Assembly: GCF_021028975.2 (NCBI RefSeq)
Contig: NC_059432.1
Location: 87,048,001 to 87,112,000, forward strand
Reading direction: 5' to 3'
Length of the DNA: 64,000 nt
Origin: Sphaerodactylus townsendi
Taxonomy: Eukaryota
Within the stretch, counting starts at the first letter, position 1. Every line of letters begins with the position of its first letter. Shown piece after piece: positions 24,701 through 37,124 of this stretch. Both the position numbers and the translations under genes were made by a program. Under the pieces are notes generated by a model. That model made no database searches, was not told where the DNA came from, and saw only the letters and a list, made by a program, of their open reading frames with translations.

Positions 24701-25710
24701 TCTATGTATATAAAAAGCTAACATTGACTTTGTTAGTCACGCCCTAATGCCGAAACGGCTGGACGGATTGCCCCCAAATTTTCACATGACGTTCTTCCCT
24801 GTTTTGGGCAGGTAATCGAACCTTCAAATTGCTGAAAGTCCATACCTGAGCCAGGTAAAACATCTTTTTTCTGGCGTACCAGGCCATGAAGCTGGCTCTG
24901 TTTAACTGTCACCCTTAGAATGTTCGTGCAGCATGTCTGTGGCCTGAGGGCTTGGTCTGAGGGCTTAGAATGTTCGTGCAGATGGGCAGAGATGAGCAGT
25001 GGAAACAGTAAATAGGTAATACTGCTAGGTAATACGAGTGGAAGTGAAACACATACACACTTTGCCATGTGAGACGTCAGGTGGGGTTCCCTCCCCTCAC
25101 ACGCAGGTAACTCACTCTCTGTGCCTCACCCACTGCTACCACACAATACACATCCAGCTCATCCTCACACACCTCACTCTGCCCTCCCTCACATCCAACC
25201 ACCACTTACCCACTTCCTCATCCATATTCGCCACAGCTCTCTTTTACTAAAAGCGAGCTGGAGTTTGCCTTTTTCTTCTAAGAAAATCCGCGGGGTGGGG
25301 GCGAACCAACACTACTGGCTCCACTTCTTTTGTACATGGTCCTTAAAAAACCCAGAGAGCTGGCCTCGATCTGAGCGCCTCACCACCCTGCCTCTGCTGC
25401 CTGACTGGGATAGCCTCCTTGCCCCAGTTCTGCCTTAGCCAAGCCAGGACTGTGAGTGTCAACCAGCCTCATGGACAGTGGGATTCGCACTCTGGACAGT
25501 TCTGTTGTGGAATGAAAAGGGTTACCTTATACTAAAAAAAACAAGACCCCACCATATAACAATGTGAATTGAAAAGGGAAAGAGGGATTCCATTTGACCA
25601 CCCCAAAAGGCTATGCTGCGGATCATTGGACCTGCATGGACATCTGTGTGGGTTGCGGACTGTGATGAGAAGGACAATTGCCACAGAAACGCGTGGCCGG
25701 GTCCTGCTAG
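24701..25710 (+). mobile_element. Non-autonomous Helitron
   Basis: 5' A|TCtatgtatataaaaag; 3' hairpin gccac-agaaacgc-gtggc followed by cgggtcctgCTAG|T; inserted at AT without TSD. Confidence 0.78.
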
Positions 25711-25734
25711 TAAACAATAAAATTATAAGTTACA

Positions 25735-25907
25735 TACCGTATATAAGACGACTGGGCGTATAAGACGATCCCCCCACTTTTCCAGTTAAAATATAGAGTT
25801 TGGGATATACTCGCCATATAAGAGTACCCGGCGTATAAGACGACCCCACACTTTACAGATGATTTCCCAGGGTTCAAAAGTAGTCTTATACGCCAGTATA
25901 TACAGTA
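25735..25907. mobile_element. Short Tc1/mariner-type non-autonomous element with gcgtataagacgac subterminal repeats
   Basis: taccgtatat...atatacagta termini; similar to the termini of 14429-15488. Confidence 0.6.
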
Positions 25908-28130
25908 ACAATTTAAAAAGTTTCAGCTGGTGACTAACCCATTATACCTTAAGTATATTAAAATACTCCAACTTAAAACATCCTGAGGTACAGAAAACCA
26001 GAAAAAGGAGGGGTAAGAGATACGGAGGCCATTCGAGTGGTGAAAAACTGTAGCTGCCTCAACCATATGCCTGGTAGAACAGTTCTAACAGACCCTGTGG
26101 GACGGCATCAGGTTCTGCAGGGTTCTGGTCTTCCCAGGGAGTCCAGGGAGGGCAGGCCCCCTCGCTCTCCTGGCCCCTCGCTCCTGCCCCCTCGCTCTCC
26201 CTGCAGGCCGGCCAGGGGGAGGCTTGGCGGCGGGCAGCCCTGGCAGGCACCTGTCCAAATCCCGCCCCTAAGCCCCGCCCTCCCTGCTGGCTCACATAAG
26301 TGAAAGCCAGGTGGGGGGGGCACAGGGAGCTGGGGCACGGGGATGCCGTCATGCTACCAGGCGCAATTTAGTCCTGGTACACCACTGCCCTAGTCAAGGC
26401 TAACCAGGCATGAGTCATGGGTGCCTATATAGGTGGCTAATTCACGCCTCTCTTCCCTTCTACAAATGGAAGATGCTTTTTACCATGAAGGCCAGATGCG
26501 TGTCTGAATCAGAGCAGTGATAGGACATCCCCATGTGGGGAAAGAAATCAGAAGTACCTGAGGTAACTGACCTGCAGCTGTCTAGCTGAACACTGCAGAA
26601 TCTGTATTCGAGGCAAGGTTTCCAACAGAACAAACAAGACAGGGGTTCTAGCTGCCTGTAAGGTTGGTCCTGCACAGTGTACAGAGATGATTTCATTAAT
26701 TTGTTATCCCCAGGCTTCTACCAAGTCATCATGCAACCCCCTGCAGAGGCAAGCTAGGCAAAGAGACTGTGACTTAACAAGGGTTTCCACGGAGCAGTGC
26801 AACACTATGACTACTTCAGGCTAGAAGCAAAACCCTGCACTGAGGTCTACATCAATAGCTGAGAAGCAGCAAGAGTTTTAAACTTAGCCAGTCACAATAA
26901 GAACCAAAATCCCAACCCTGTAACCAGGAACTTCCACCCAGATCATTCATTTTAAGCCATCAACAATGAATAATTGAAGAAGCATCACCTTTTCCCATTA
27001 CATTTCTCAGCAGCATTTCTGTAAAACAAAGTTGTTCTTGCCTCCTTTCCCCATGTTTGAAGCCTCTTTTGATCATGGCAAAGCAGCCTGAAATGACTAC
27101 AAATTCTATCGGACAAAGGCTAGAGAACAGCACAGATACACCATCGGTTGATCTGGATGAATATTAGTTTTGTATGAAAAAGGAAGGTGACCTAAAGCAG
27201 CCCGGATGCACCAGCTTCATTAGGATGCTGCTGAAACATTAATCAATTAATGCTGCATGTTTTAATAACTGCAAAAAAAATCCTCCAGAAGTTTAGGCAC
27301 ACTTGATGAAAAGCAAGTCTACATTTGTGACTTGTAAAGAAGGACACACAGACATACATTATACTAGGATTCTAGTTATGTTCTGATTTAAAAAGAAAAG
27401 CTATACAAACTCATGACAAACACTGGCCTGTTGACGTGTGTTGCTATTAGCACCAGCGCATCCTCCACGTATATGAGAATGCTTAATACTGTTCTCACAT
27501 GAAGTCAAGAAAAGACTGGCCAGACTTTTGTGATTTCACAAAGGGGAAAGAAACACAAACATATCATCATGAGACAATATTGCTATAATTAACCACTGAC
27601 AAAACATAGACAACAACATACTAGTTTTACAGAGGGGGCAGCAAGATTAAGAATCAAGCAATTTGCCCACATTCCCCAAATAAACATACCATAGAGAAGG
27701 GATTTGAAACCAGGGGTCCCAGAGCCAATTCCTACTCTCTTCTATATCAAATCATATCTAGCTGCTTTTATTCATGTGTTCGTTTATTTAGATGTTTCTG
27801 CTCCACTTTTCTCCCAATAGGGACCCAAAGCAGTTTATAACGTTGTTCATCCTGCTCTGGTTTATCCTCACAAGAACGACTTTGTGAGGTTAGGTAGGCT
27901 AACAGAGTGATTGGCTGAAGATGACCCAGCAAACTTCATGGGAAAACAATACCATGACACGTACATGGGTGATTATGGGCCATAATCTTTAGCAAACCTA
28001 CCTCAAAAGGTGGTTGTGAAGATAAAATGGATGAAGGAAGAATGAGGTATGCAGCACTCAGTTTCTTAGATGAAGGATAGAACAAAAATGTACTAAATTG
28101 ATGAAGGATAGAACAAAAATGTACTAAAAA

Positions 28131-28433
28131 GGAGCAGCAGTGGTGTAGGAGGTTAAGAGCTCGTGTATCTAATCTGGAGGAACCGGGTTTGATTCCCAGC
28201 TCTGCCACCTGAGCTGTGGAGGCTTATCTGGGGAATTCAGATTAGCCTGTACACTCCCACACACGCCAGCTGGGTGACCTTGGGCTAGTCACAGCTTCTC
28301 AGAGCTCTCTCAGCCCCACCTACCTCACAGGGTGTTTGTTGTGAGGGGGGAAGGGCAAGGAGATTGTAAGGCCCTTTGAGTCTCCTGCAGGAGAGAAAGG
28401 GGGGATATAAATCCAAACTCTTCTTCTTCTTCT
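28131..28433 (+). mobile_element. tRNA-derived SINE (Squam3-like), young full-length copy
   Basis: A-box (gtggtgtaggaggtt) and B-box (ggtttgattcc) head, (CTT)n tail; near-identical to 43416-43716. Confidence 0.85.
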
Positions 28434-29540
28434 AAATCAATAACAAAAGTTTCACTCTAGAGAGAAGTGACCAGAAGCAATAGTAAATACTGGAACAGAG
28501 GATTTATTGCAAACCATATCCAATAACAATAACCAAAACAAGAAGGAAGAACAAAACCTGTATCCAAACAGGAGCACTGCTGGCCTGCCCTGTGCCTAAA
28601 CAGCACCCAGCCTCACAGGTGAAGTTCCTTCCAAGGTATCCCCATGTTGACAAAAAGATTACTGGCTTAGGATCAGGATCAATAAAAATGCTGACAGGAT
28701 CAATAAAAATGCTGATATGTTTTGGTTTTTTTCAAACTGTCAGGGTAGCATACGTGCCCCTTCTTTTCCTCATTTTATCTTCACAGTAATCCTCGAGGTA
28801 CCCTGTGTCAAGAAAAAGTGACTGGCCCTAAATCACCAAGGGAACTCAATGGCCTAAAAGAGTTTGGTCCTAGGTCTCCCCAGACCTAGGTCAGCATGGG
28901 TTCCTATTTAATTCATCATCATAATCTATAATCGAGACAGTGAGTTGGGGGGAGGGTTTAATATTAAAATAATTCCCCCTTTTCCATCATGTAAAGGTGG
29001 ACTCTCAACTTGCATTCTGAAGAGGAGACTCTACAATTTCACTAGGCCTGTTTTGTGTTACTACAAAATTATTTCATGAGGGATATTTTTGGAGGGAGGG
29101 AGAATGCCACAATTCCTCATATCACCCCAAACCACTCATTCTTGGACTAAAAACACATCCTTGCTGATGCTTAGGAGCAACCCAGAGCCATTCACATGAA
29201 TATCTGCCTCACAATTGATTGAAGCAGGATGTGGACAACATCTGTTCATTTATACTTTTTAGACAGGAGAAAAATCCAATTTTCCCTTCCCACTGCTAAA
29301 CAAATCCACTGCTGCTTGCTTTGGATTAATAAAGCTTTCTCATAATTGCTAATGATAATATTTCCATTCCACGCTAGCTGTGATATCTGATTGCAAGGTT
29401 GGCCTTTACACACAACAACGGCTGCCACTTTCAAATCAATTTGTATGTTTAATTGATTCTAGCTTTTTCGAAGATTAAAAATTCCACACTAATTGGAGAG
29501 GTTCTTAAAGGTCATTAGTATTGTGAAGAAAAAGGAGGAC

Positions 29541-29820
29541 AAGTAGTAGTAGTTTGGATGTATATACCCCGCCTTTCTCTACCGCAAGGAGCCTCAAAGC
29601 AGCTTAGAGTTCTTTCCCATCCTCTCCCCACAAAAGACACCTTGTGAGGTAGGCACAGCTGAGCGAGTTCTGAGAGAACTGTGACGAGCCCAAGGTTGCC
29701 CAGCAGGCTTCACATGTAGGAGCGGGGAAACAAATCCAGTTCATCAGATAAGAGTTTGCTGCTAATGTGGAGGAGTGGGGAATCAAACCTGGTTCTCCAG
29801 ATTAGAGTCCACTTCTCTTA
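29541..29820 (-). mobile_element. Squam3-like SINE
   Basis: Similar to 20169-20477. Confidence 0.75.
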
Positions 29821-31638
29821 GGTCCCTTCTACAAAGCACCAGGAGAGCGAGTTGCAGGCGGGATAAAGTAACCCGCTCTCCTGCTGTCCCGTTTGCATGC
29901 CTCCCTGCAGGCAGCGAATGGAGCCCGTGGAAGCAATGCAGACTGCTGTTGTCTTTTAAAAAAAACTCACCTCCCATGATGCGCAGCAAGGACCTTTAAA
30001 AACCAGGAAGCGCTTACAGCTGCATTCCGCATTACAACGAGAGAATCACAGATAGTGAAATTCTTGAATAACCCATTTCGAGGGGAGGGGCGGGGGAGAC
30101 CCGGGGCAGCCTCGCTGCTGGGGGAAGGAGCTATGTGAAGTTCCCCCTTGAAACAGGTTTTTCCCCATCCCCAGCCTGGGTTTATTGGCCTGTGCGGAAG
30201 GAGTTGTTCTATTGGGATGGAAGGAGAATGAGGATGAGGGAGTGAAATTCTGAAATGAACCTGGCTTCAACCTGTCCAAACTTTCAGTCAGTGAATGCAA
30301 GCTGGAGATAGACCATTGTTTTTCTGAGAGTGGAAGGTGTTACAACAGAGGAGTTATCTCCCCTGCAGTATGGACACTTATTTCTTTTCTTCAACTATCA
30401 TGTCGGTGAGAACAGAGAAAATATGCCCTGCAAAGGCAGTGAAATATCTGCCACACTATCTTCAACTGCAACAGCTACATGATAGATTCCTGTCCAACAT
30501 TTTCAAGGGCAGTATCTATTAGGAGATTTTTGCCAATTCCGCCCTTCCTTCTCCAAACCTTCAACTCTCCAAGTCCTCCGTCCTCTGAAATAGCATTTGG
30601 GATTGGAATGGGAACAGGCAGATGGAGAGGTTTCGCCCCTCGGAAGAAAACCCTTCAGTTTGGGAAATTTTTCAGCAGGACCCAAGCCACTGTCTCAAAT
30701 GTCATTAGCAAACATGCTGACACGGGCTATGAAACAAAGGTCTGTTTACATGAGACTTCAGCAGCTGCAGTGGCAGAGGCTGCAGGTGGCCACACTGATC
30801 TCAAGCAAAATTGAAAACCAGAAGCCCTGCTTACCTCTTTTCCTACAGTGCGGGAAATAGATGGAACTAGGTTACTTCTGAGCATTAATGGGTGTTGCTA
30901 GGCAAACCACAATACTTAAGTCTCAGTTTGCCTGTCTGCAAAATGTGTATATGAACTCCAACTGCCTTGCAAGACTATTGCAAAGACTACTGGGGATATA
31001 CGTAAAGTGCTTTGGGAACTCAAAAAGCACTATGATAAATAAGCATCGTTATTATTTTGAATTATCTGGAAAAGGGAAAGTACAAAATTCAAATAAACAA
31101 ATCGTTTTTATTTACTCTCTGTATCTACCTCACATGTTAAGACAAAAAAGCAGCAATGTGTTTATTCATACAATGGATACACAAGCAGATTTTTGAGCAT
31201 CCCCGCTCTGCAATTTCAGATGAACAGGTTGTGAAGTGAATGGAAAGGCTGCCCCTGATTTCTGGATCTCTACCTGCACCGAGTCTCAAACCTTTCAAAC
31301 AATAAAGAAAAAGCATTCTTGTATGATTAGACCTTATTTGGCCTGCTACCTTTCTAGCTTTTGTAACCTCAAGACAAATTAAGAACTCAGGTGAGCTCAA
31401 AGGTTTGCAGAGTATTGTCCTAATTCGCCTGGTTCTGAAGAAACTATTATATGGATTTGGGTCCTATTTTTGGATTCAACCCATACAAGCCACCTTATTT
31501 GTTTATGTACACCCTAGATGCTGTAAATATACCTAAAATCTGGATTGCCTCTGTGTAATGTGCGAAATTTCTTTTGTAAGCCAGAACGGTGTATTGACTG
31601 GATTGCCACACAGATCAGGAAGAACAAGGTTCAAATTT

Positions 31639-31700
31639 CCATTCTGCTAGGAAACTCACTGGGTGGACATCCATTCTGCTAGGAAACTCACTGGGTGGAC
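31639..31700. repeat. Tandem duplication of ccattctgctaggaaactcactgggtggac within an old SINE
   Basis: Two exact adjacent copies. Confidence 0.85.
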
Positions 31701-32444
31701 TACTTTCACCTAAGCTGTCTCACATGGCTGTTGTTAGGATACAACAGGACAAGTTCATGTTTGCTTTAAAGGAATAGTACAGTGTGATATGATAAATAAA
31801 TTAATTAATGTAATCTACAGACTGGCAGCTACCCTTCAGAAATTCAGGTTTCACATTCCCTATGGCCTGGTCCCCTTAACTGGGCATCAAACCTTGGACG
31901 ACCTTCTGTTTGCTAAGACACTCTAACCACTGAGCAACATCCCCTTTCCCAATCACTCTGCAGTCTCCAGTCAGAGTAGACCAAATATAATGGGTTCAGG
32001 CCCTTTTAAAAAGCGTTATGAACAAGTTCCCACACAACTCGCCCCCCAAACACTTCTAATCTGTTCTATTTGTCTGAACCTGGGTTAAATTAAAGTTGCT
32101 AAATTAGTGACTTTTCCCCTCCAACCTGGGTTTCAGATGCTCCTTGTTTCCCTGTGCAAATGACAGCAAGTGGGACGCATTCTATTCCCCCCCGCCCATC
32201 CACCATTATGGTGGATTCCCCAGGTGGCCGCCATTAGACTGGATTCTCCAGGCAGTCGCCATGTTGTGCTGGTAAGTGGGTGGGATTCTTGGATGGGGGG
32301 ATTCTCAGGTGTGCAGTTTGCAGGGAAACACAGTGTTTTCTGTGTGAATCATGCTGCCTCCTGCTACCAGGTTCCCAGCATTCCCGACTGGGCCCTGCAC
32401 CCGCCATGCAAATGGCGGCACAGGCAACATGGGTTCATTTAACC

Positions 32445-32582
32445 CAGAGGTCTTCAAACTATGGCCCTCCAGATGTTCAGGAACTACAATTCCCATCAGC
32501 CTCTGCCAGCATGGCCAAGTAGCATGGCTGATGGGAATTGTAGTTCCTGAACATCTGGAGGGCCATAGTTTGAAGACCCCTG
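32445..32582. mobile_element. Palindromic hAT-type MITE
   Basis: cagaggtcttcaaactatggccctccagatg...catctggagggccatagtttgaagacccctg; perfect 8-bp TSD ATTTAACC. Confidence 0.85.
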
Positions 32583-33434
32583 ATTTAACCCATTGGTGTT
32601 GCCTGTATAGAATCAGCCTCTGACTTAGTGCAAGGCAGTTTCATATATTAGCAATCAAGTTAGCATTGTTTGTTCTGACTGACAGCGGCTCCCCACCCTG
32701 GGACCTCCTGCATGCAAAGCAGACCCACCACGCCCACCCATTTCTAATTTTTCCTCACAGGAGTTTTCCTAAGCAGTTAAAAAAAATTTCTAATCTTTGT
32801 TGCCTTTTCACATGGTCTATTTAAACATTAAACCGAAAAGCAGATGTGGCCACTGTTTTACTTCATGTTTCTTTCTGAGTTCTGTCTCCAAGCCTGTGTT
32901 ACCTAAAACAGATTACCTGGCTCATATGCAACACAAACTCACAGAAAGATGAATTCCTACCAGTTTTTAAATGCTCGACATGTGTGCTAGGCACTGAAGG
33001 GCAACTGTTTAAAAGCAGGAAGAAGCATTACAAAATCATCTCTTTCTCCAAAGGACAAAGAAAGCCCCCCCCAGCCCCCGAAAGCTTTGAACTATACTTT
33101 ACTTAAATTGTGTTAAAGAAATAAAAGCTTTTCTTTCTGACAAATGCCAGCTGGAACTTTTCTCATGACACAGAATTCATAATCTGAGTTTAATACACTC
33201 ATAAAACCCCTCGGGGATGGGGCGGTATAAAAATCTAAATAATAAATAAATAAATAAATAAATAAATCTTTTTTAAAAAATAACAGAATGTAACCAGTAG
33301 TTTCCAAGGATTAATCAAACACTGGGAAATGGATTAAACTTGTTGATCTGGGTATGAATAAAAATAGCGATAAACTAATTCACAACAAGGTTCCATTTGT
33401 GGATACTTAAGTCTGGAGAATGGGGCTGTGACCA

Positions 33435-33786
33435 GACAAGAATTAGGACTAATAAAAGGAAACATTTCTTCATGCAATGCGTGATTGGTGTTTGGAATAT
33501 GCTGCCACAGGAGGTGGTGATGGCCACTAACCTGGATAGCTTTAAAAAGGGCTTGGACAGATTTATGGAGGAGAAGTCAATCTATGGCTACCAATCTTGA
33601 TCCTCCTTGATCTGAGATTGCAAATCCTTAGCAGACCAGGTGCTCGGGAGCAACAGCAGCAGAAGGCCATTGCTTTCACATCCTGCATATGAGCTCCCAA
33701 AGGCACCTGGTGGACCACTGTGAGTAGCAGAATGCTGGACTAGATGGACTCTGGTCTGATCCAGCAGGCTCTTTTTTATGTTCTTA
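33435..33786 (+). mobile_element. CR1 LINE 3' fragment
   Basis: RTNKRKHFFMQCVIGVWNMLPQEVVMATNLDSFKKGLDRFM (CR1 ORF2 C-terminus), 3' UTR, ttatgttctta tail. Confidence 0.85.
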
Positions 33787-34021
33787 AGATTTTGGCCTTT
33801 GAGGGAGGACTAATTGATACCAGACCTGGCGAAAACCACTACTTGCTACCACATAACTTGTATGACTCAACTGGGCCTGGCTGCTTACTATTTTGTTCAA
33901 CAGAAATCCCACAAAAGCAGGTATGATACAGCAGTTAGAATGTCAGGCTGGGACACTCAGTTTTGAACCCGCATTCTACCACAGAAGCTTTGTAGGTGAT
34001 TTTGAGCCAGTCTCTCTCTTG

Positions 34022-34172
34022 GGCCCCTTCTGCACATACAGAATAATGCACTTTCAATCCACTTTGGTGATTGTTTGCGAGTGGATTTTGCTATTCCGCA
34101 CAGTAAAATCCAACTGCAAAGTGGATTGAAAGTGGACTGAAAGTACATTATTTTGCATGTGTGGAAGGGGCC
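34022..34172. mobile_element. PIF/Harbinger-like MITE
   Basis: ggccccttctgcacatacagaataatgcactttcaatccac...gcatgtgtggaaggggcc. Confidence 0.72.
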
Positions 34173-34944
34173 TCTCTTTCAGTGAAACCTACCTCCCAGA
34201 GTTGTTGTCATGATGGAGTGAGCTGTGTGTGAGAATGGTGAGAATGGTGTGAGCTGTTTTGGGTGCCATTGTGGAGAAAGCCAGGGTACAAATGAAGAAA
34301 ATAATAAATAAATACAGCTGAAGATGGGGGGAGGGGGCAGACAAAGGTAGGTTGGCTGGAAGGTGGAAAGAAGAGAAGGAAGCAGGAAAAAGGTAGAAAG
34401 CATGAACGCTTTCAGGGAAAGGAAAGAGAAAACAGAGAGCAAGGAAAAATGAGGTACCCCTTGCAAGTCTTTGTGGACTCCCCGCTTGTCGAATTATCAA
34501 CACAGGTACTGTAAGGAGAAGTACTGTTCCTCCATAAAAGAAATTAGGAACATATAGTTTATAGGATAAAAGCTAGCATATTTTGCAGACACCATAAAAA
34601 GACTCTCTTACTACAATCACAACTTTACACAAAAACAACCTAAGTGGAAGAACTTCTAACTTTGTAAAGCATGTCTAGAAAGCACTGATCTCACAAGCAT
34701 TCATTGATGGAGGAGACAAATGCATGTTTTGAAAGGAATGTACACATGGCCAAGAACCATGACTGAACACAGCTCTTCTGTTATGTTCGCCTATACACCA
34801 CAGTTTAGGTCTTCTAAAACATGAAGATGCAAAGAAGCCCTAACTTTCCCACTTATAACTTCTACTGATTTAAAAAAGATCAAAAGTTCACATGCAGCCT
34901 CCTTAAGCTAAAATATTATCCTTCTCACTAAATTGTACATGTAA

Positions 34945-35122
34945 AGGGCTGTCAAGTTGCAGCTCATTTATGGCAACCTTGTAAGGTTTTCAAGGTAAGA
35001 GATTTAACAGGTGGTTCGCCATTGACTCCAGGACCCTCCAGGTGGTCTCCCATCCAAGTACTAACCAAGGCCAACCCTGCTTAGCTTCTGAGATGATGCT
35101 AGCTTGGGCCATTCAGGTCAGA
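34945..35122 (-). mobile_element. 5S rRNA-derived SINE with RTE-like 3' end
   Basis: ggtctcccatccaagtactaaccaaggccaaccctgcttagcttctgagat is the reverse complement of the 5S rRNA internal control region; non-5S tail ends gcaacttgacagc. Confidence 0.8.
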
Positions 35123-35479
35123 GCTTTCATGAGATTACAACCACAGAAAAACTTTTGCAAGAGCATTTAATAAATTATAGTCTCCAACTGAGGCTAGAAA
35201 AACCACTTCCATGTGGCAGTACATTTTGAAGAGGATATAAAGTCTGACAACCACTTTCTCTTGGGCCTGATCCAACTGCACAGACATTTTCCATGCCTGC
35301 ACCTGTGAGTGCTGGCAGTGACACGGAGTCTTTCCATGAGATTAAGATGAACCAGACAAAAAGCAGATTTGAAATACCCCCATGATCTCCATGGACAAGA
35401 ATCAACAATTTTGGTGGCTTCCCCAAGAGAGTCTCACTATCTGAATCAAATGCCAACCTTCACATTTGATGCATGGATT

Positions 35480-35718
35480 ACAAGACATTTATATCTCACT
35501 TTTCTCAACCATAAAAAGTCTCGAAGCAGCTTACAAACTTCTTCCCTTCCTTTTCCCACTACAGATACTTTGTCAGGTAGGCGTGGGTGAGAGGGTTCTG
35601 AAAGAATTGTGACAAGCCCAAGGCCGCCCAGCAATCCTCATGTGTAGGAGTGGAGAAACAAACCTGGTTCACCAAATTAGAGTCCTCCGTTCTTAACCAC
35701 TACACCATGTTGGCTCTC
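35480..35718 (-). mobile_element. Squam3-like SINE
   Basis: Diverged reverse copy of the same family. Confidence 0.7.
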
Positions 35719-35965
35719 ATTTCCATTTCTTTCTCTGAACACTGGGTTTTATGTAGGCCAAAGCAATTGCTAGAGCTATCACAATGAATACCACTACTAG
35801 AATAGGCTAACATTATTTGAAACCCACTAGCTCAATATAGCCAGTCTCTCTGCTGCTTGAAAAGCCCCTGGTATGTCTGTGTCATGATGTATTTCTGGGG
35901 TGGTACGAGAAGAACTGATCGGGCATTCCTGCTTATATGCACATCTTCCCAGGCTGCAAATCTGA

Positions 35966-36584
35966 GGCCCCTTCCACACGGGCCAATAAACCTGGGCTGG
36001 AGACAGGAAAACCCTCTGTGTGTGTGTGTGGGGGGGGGACTTTGCACAGATCCTGCTCTTAGCACAAGTCTGCCCCGTATCCCCACCGCCCCCCATCACC
36101 TGGGTTTTTCAAGTATCGCACTTTTTGTGATTCTTTTGTTTTAATGCTGGTAGCAGCCGCTTGCAAGCGAACGACTGCCCTGGGAAGCGCTTTACTCAGC
36201 TGCGCTTCCTGTTTTCGAAAGGTCCCCGCCTCGCAGATGTGCAGCATAGCTGTGAGGGTCCATGCTAGCCTGCCAATGTGGCTACGCAGCGAAGGAGGAG
36301 CAGAAAAAAACCTGCACCTCTGTGCAAAGGCGCGACAGCCACCTGCAATGTTTCCGTGGGCTTGGTCGCTGCCTGCATGGAGGCATGTGAATGGGAAAAC
36401 AGGACAGCGGGTTGTGGTGGGTTTTCCGGGCTGTGTGGCCGTGGTCTGGTGGATCTCGTTTCGCCTGCATCTTTGGCTGGCATCTTCAGAGGTATGTCGC
36501 AGAGGGAAGTCTGTTACACAGTGTACCCGCGGGTTACTTTATCCCGCCTAAAACCCACGCTCCCGATGCTGTGCAGAAGGAGCC
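35966..36584. mobile_element. PIF/Harbinger-like non-autonomous element carrying a nested Penelope fragment
   Basis: TGA|ggccccttccacac ... gtgcagaaggagcc|TGA. Confidence 0.65.
36408..36525 (-). mobile_element. Penelope-like terminal repeat with hammerhead ribozyme core
   Basis: Minus strand cctCTGAAGAtgccagccaaagatgcaggcGAAAcg = CUGANGA / stem II / GAAA. Confidence 0.7.
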
Positions 36585-36611
36585 TGAATGCTACCATTCA
36601 TGTTTTTTTCT

Positions 36612-36815
36612 CAGCCATCAAGCTGCAGCAGACTTAAGGTGATGCCACAGGGTTTTCAAGGCAAGAGGCTTACAGAAGTGGCTTGCCATTGCCCGCCTCT
36701 GCAAGCCAACACTGGATTTCCTTGGTCGTCTCCCATCCAAGTATTAATCAGGGCCGACCCTGCTTAGCTTCTGAGACCTGACTAAATTGGGATAGCTGGG
36801 ACTATCCAGTTCAGG
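36612..36815 (-). mobile_element. 5S rRNA-derived SINE
   Basis: gtctcccatccaagtattaatcagggccgaccctgcttagcttctgag plus gggttttcaaggcaagag tail. Confidence 0.8.
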
Positions 36816-36968
36816 ATGCCATGCATCTGCAGCCCTGTGCTTCACCTGAATATTCTACTTTTATGCATGGCATTTCAGTTATCAATGATCAACTGATCAC
36901 TCCTGCAATCAACTGATCACTCCTGCAATCATTTGAGTTTCAAAGTGGTATCGCTCCATCTCTTATAG

Positions 36969-37124
36969 CCATGGTGGCGAACCTTTGGCACTCCAGATGT
37001 TATGGACTACAATTCCCATCAGCCCCTGCCAGCCCCTGCCAGCATGGTCACTTGGCCATGCTGGCAGGGGCTGATGGGAATTGCAGTCCATAACATGTGG
37101 AGTGCCAAAGGTTCGCCACCACTG
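36969..37124. mobile_element. Palindromic hAT-type MITE
   Basis: Long inverted arms; perfect 8-bp TSD TCTTATAG. Confidence 0.85.

Noticed and set aside
28131-28205. tRNA genes at SINE heads
   Set aside because: A/B boxes only, no full cloverleaf, followed by SINE body and tail.
35035-35122. 5S rRNA gene (also 36716-36815 and 52300-52392)
   Set aside because: Partial, diverged and fused to a retroposon tail; these are SINE heads.
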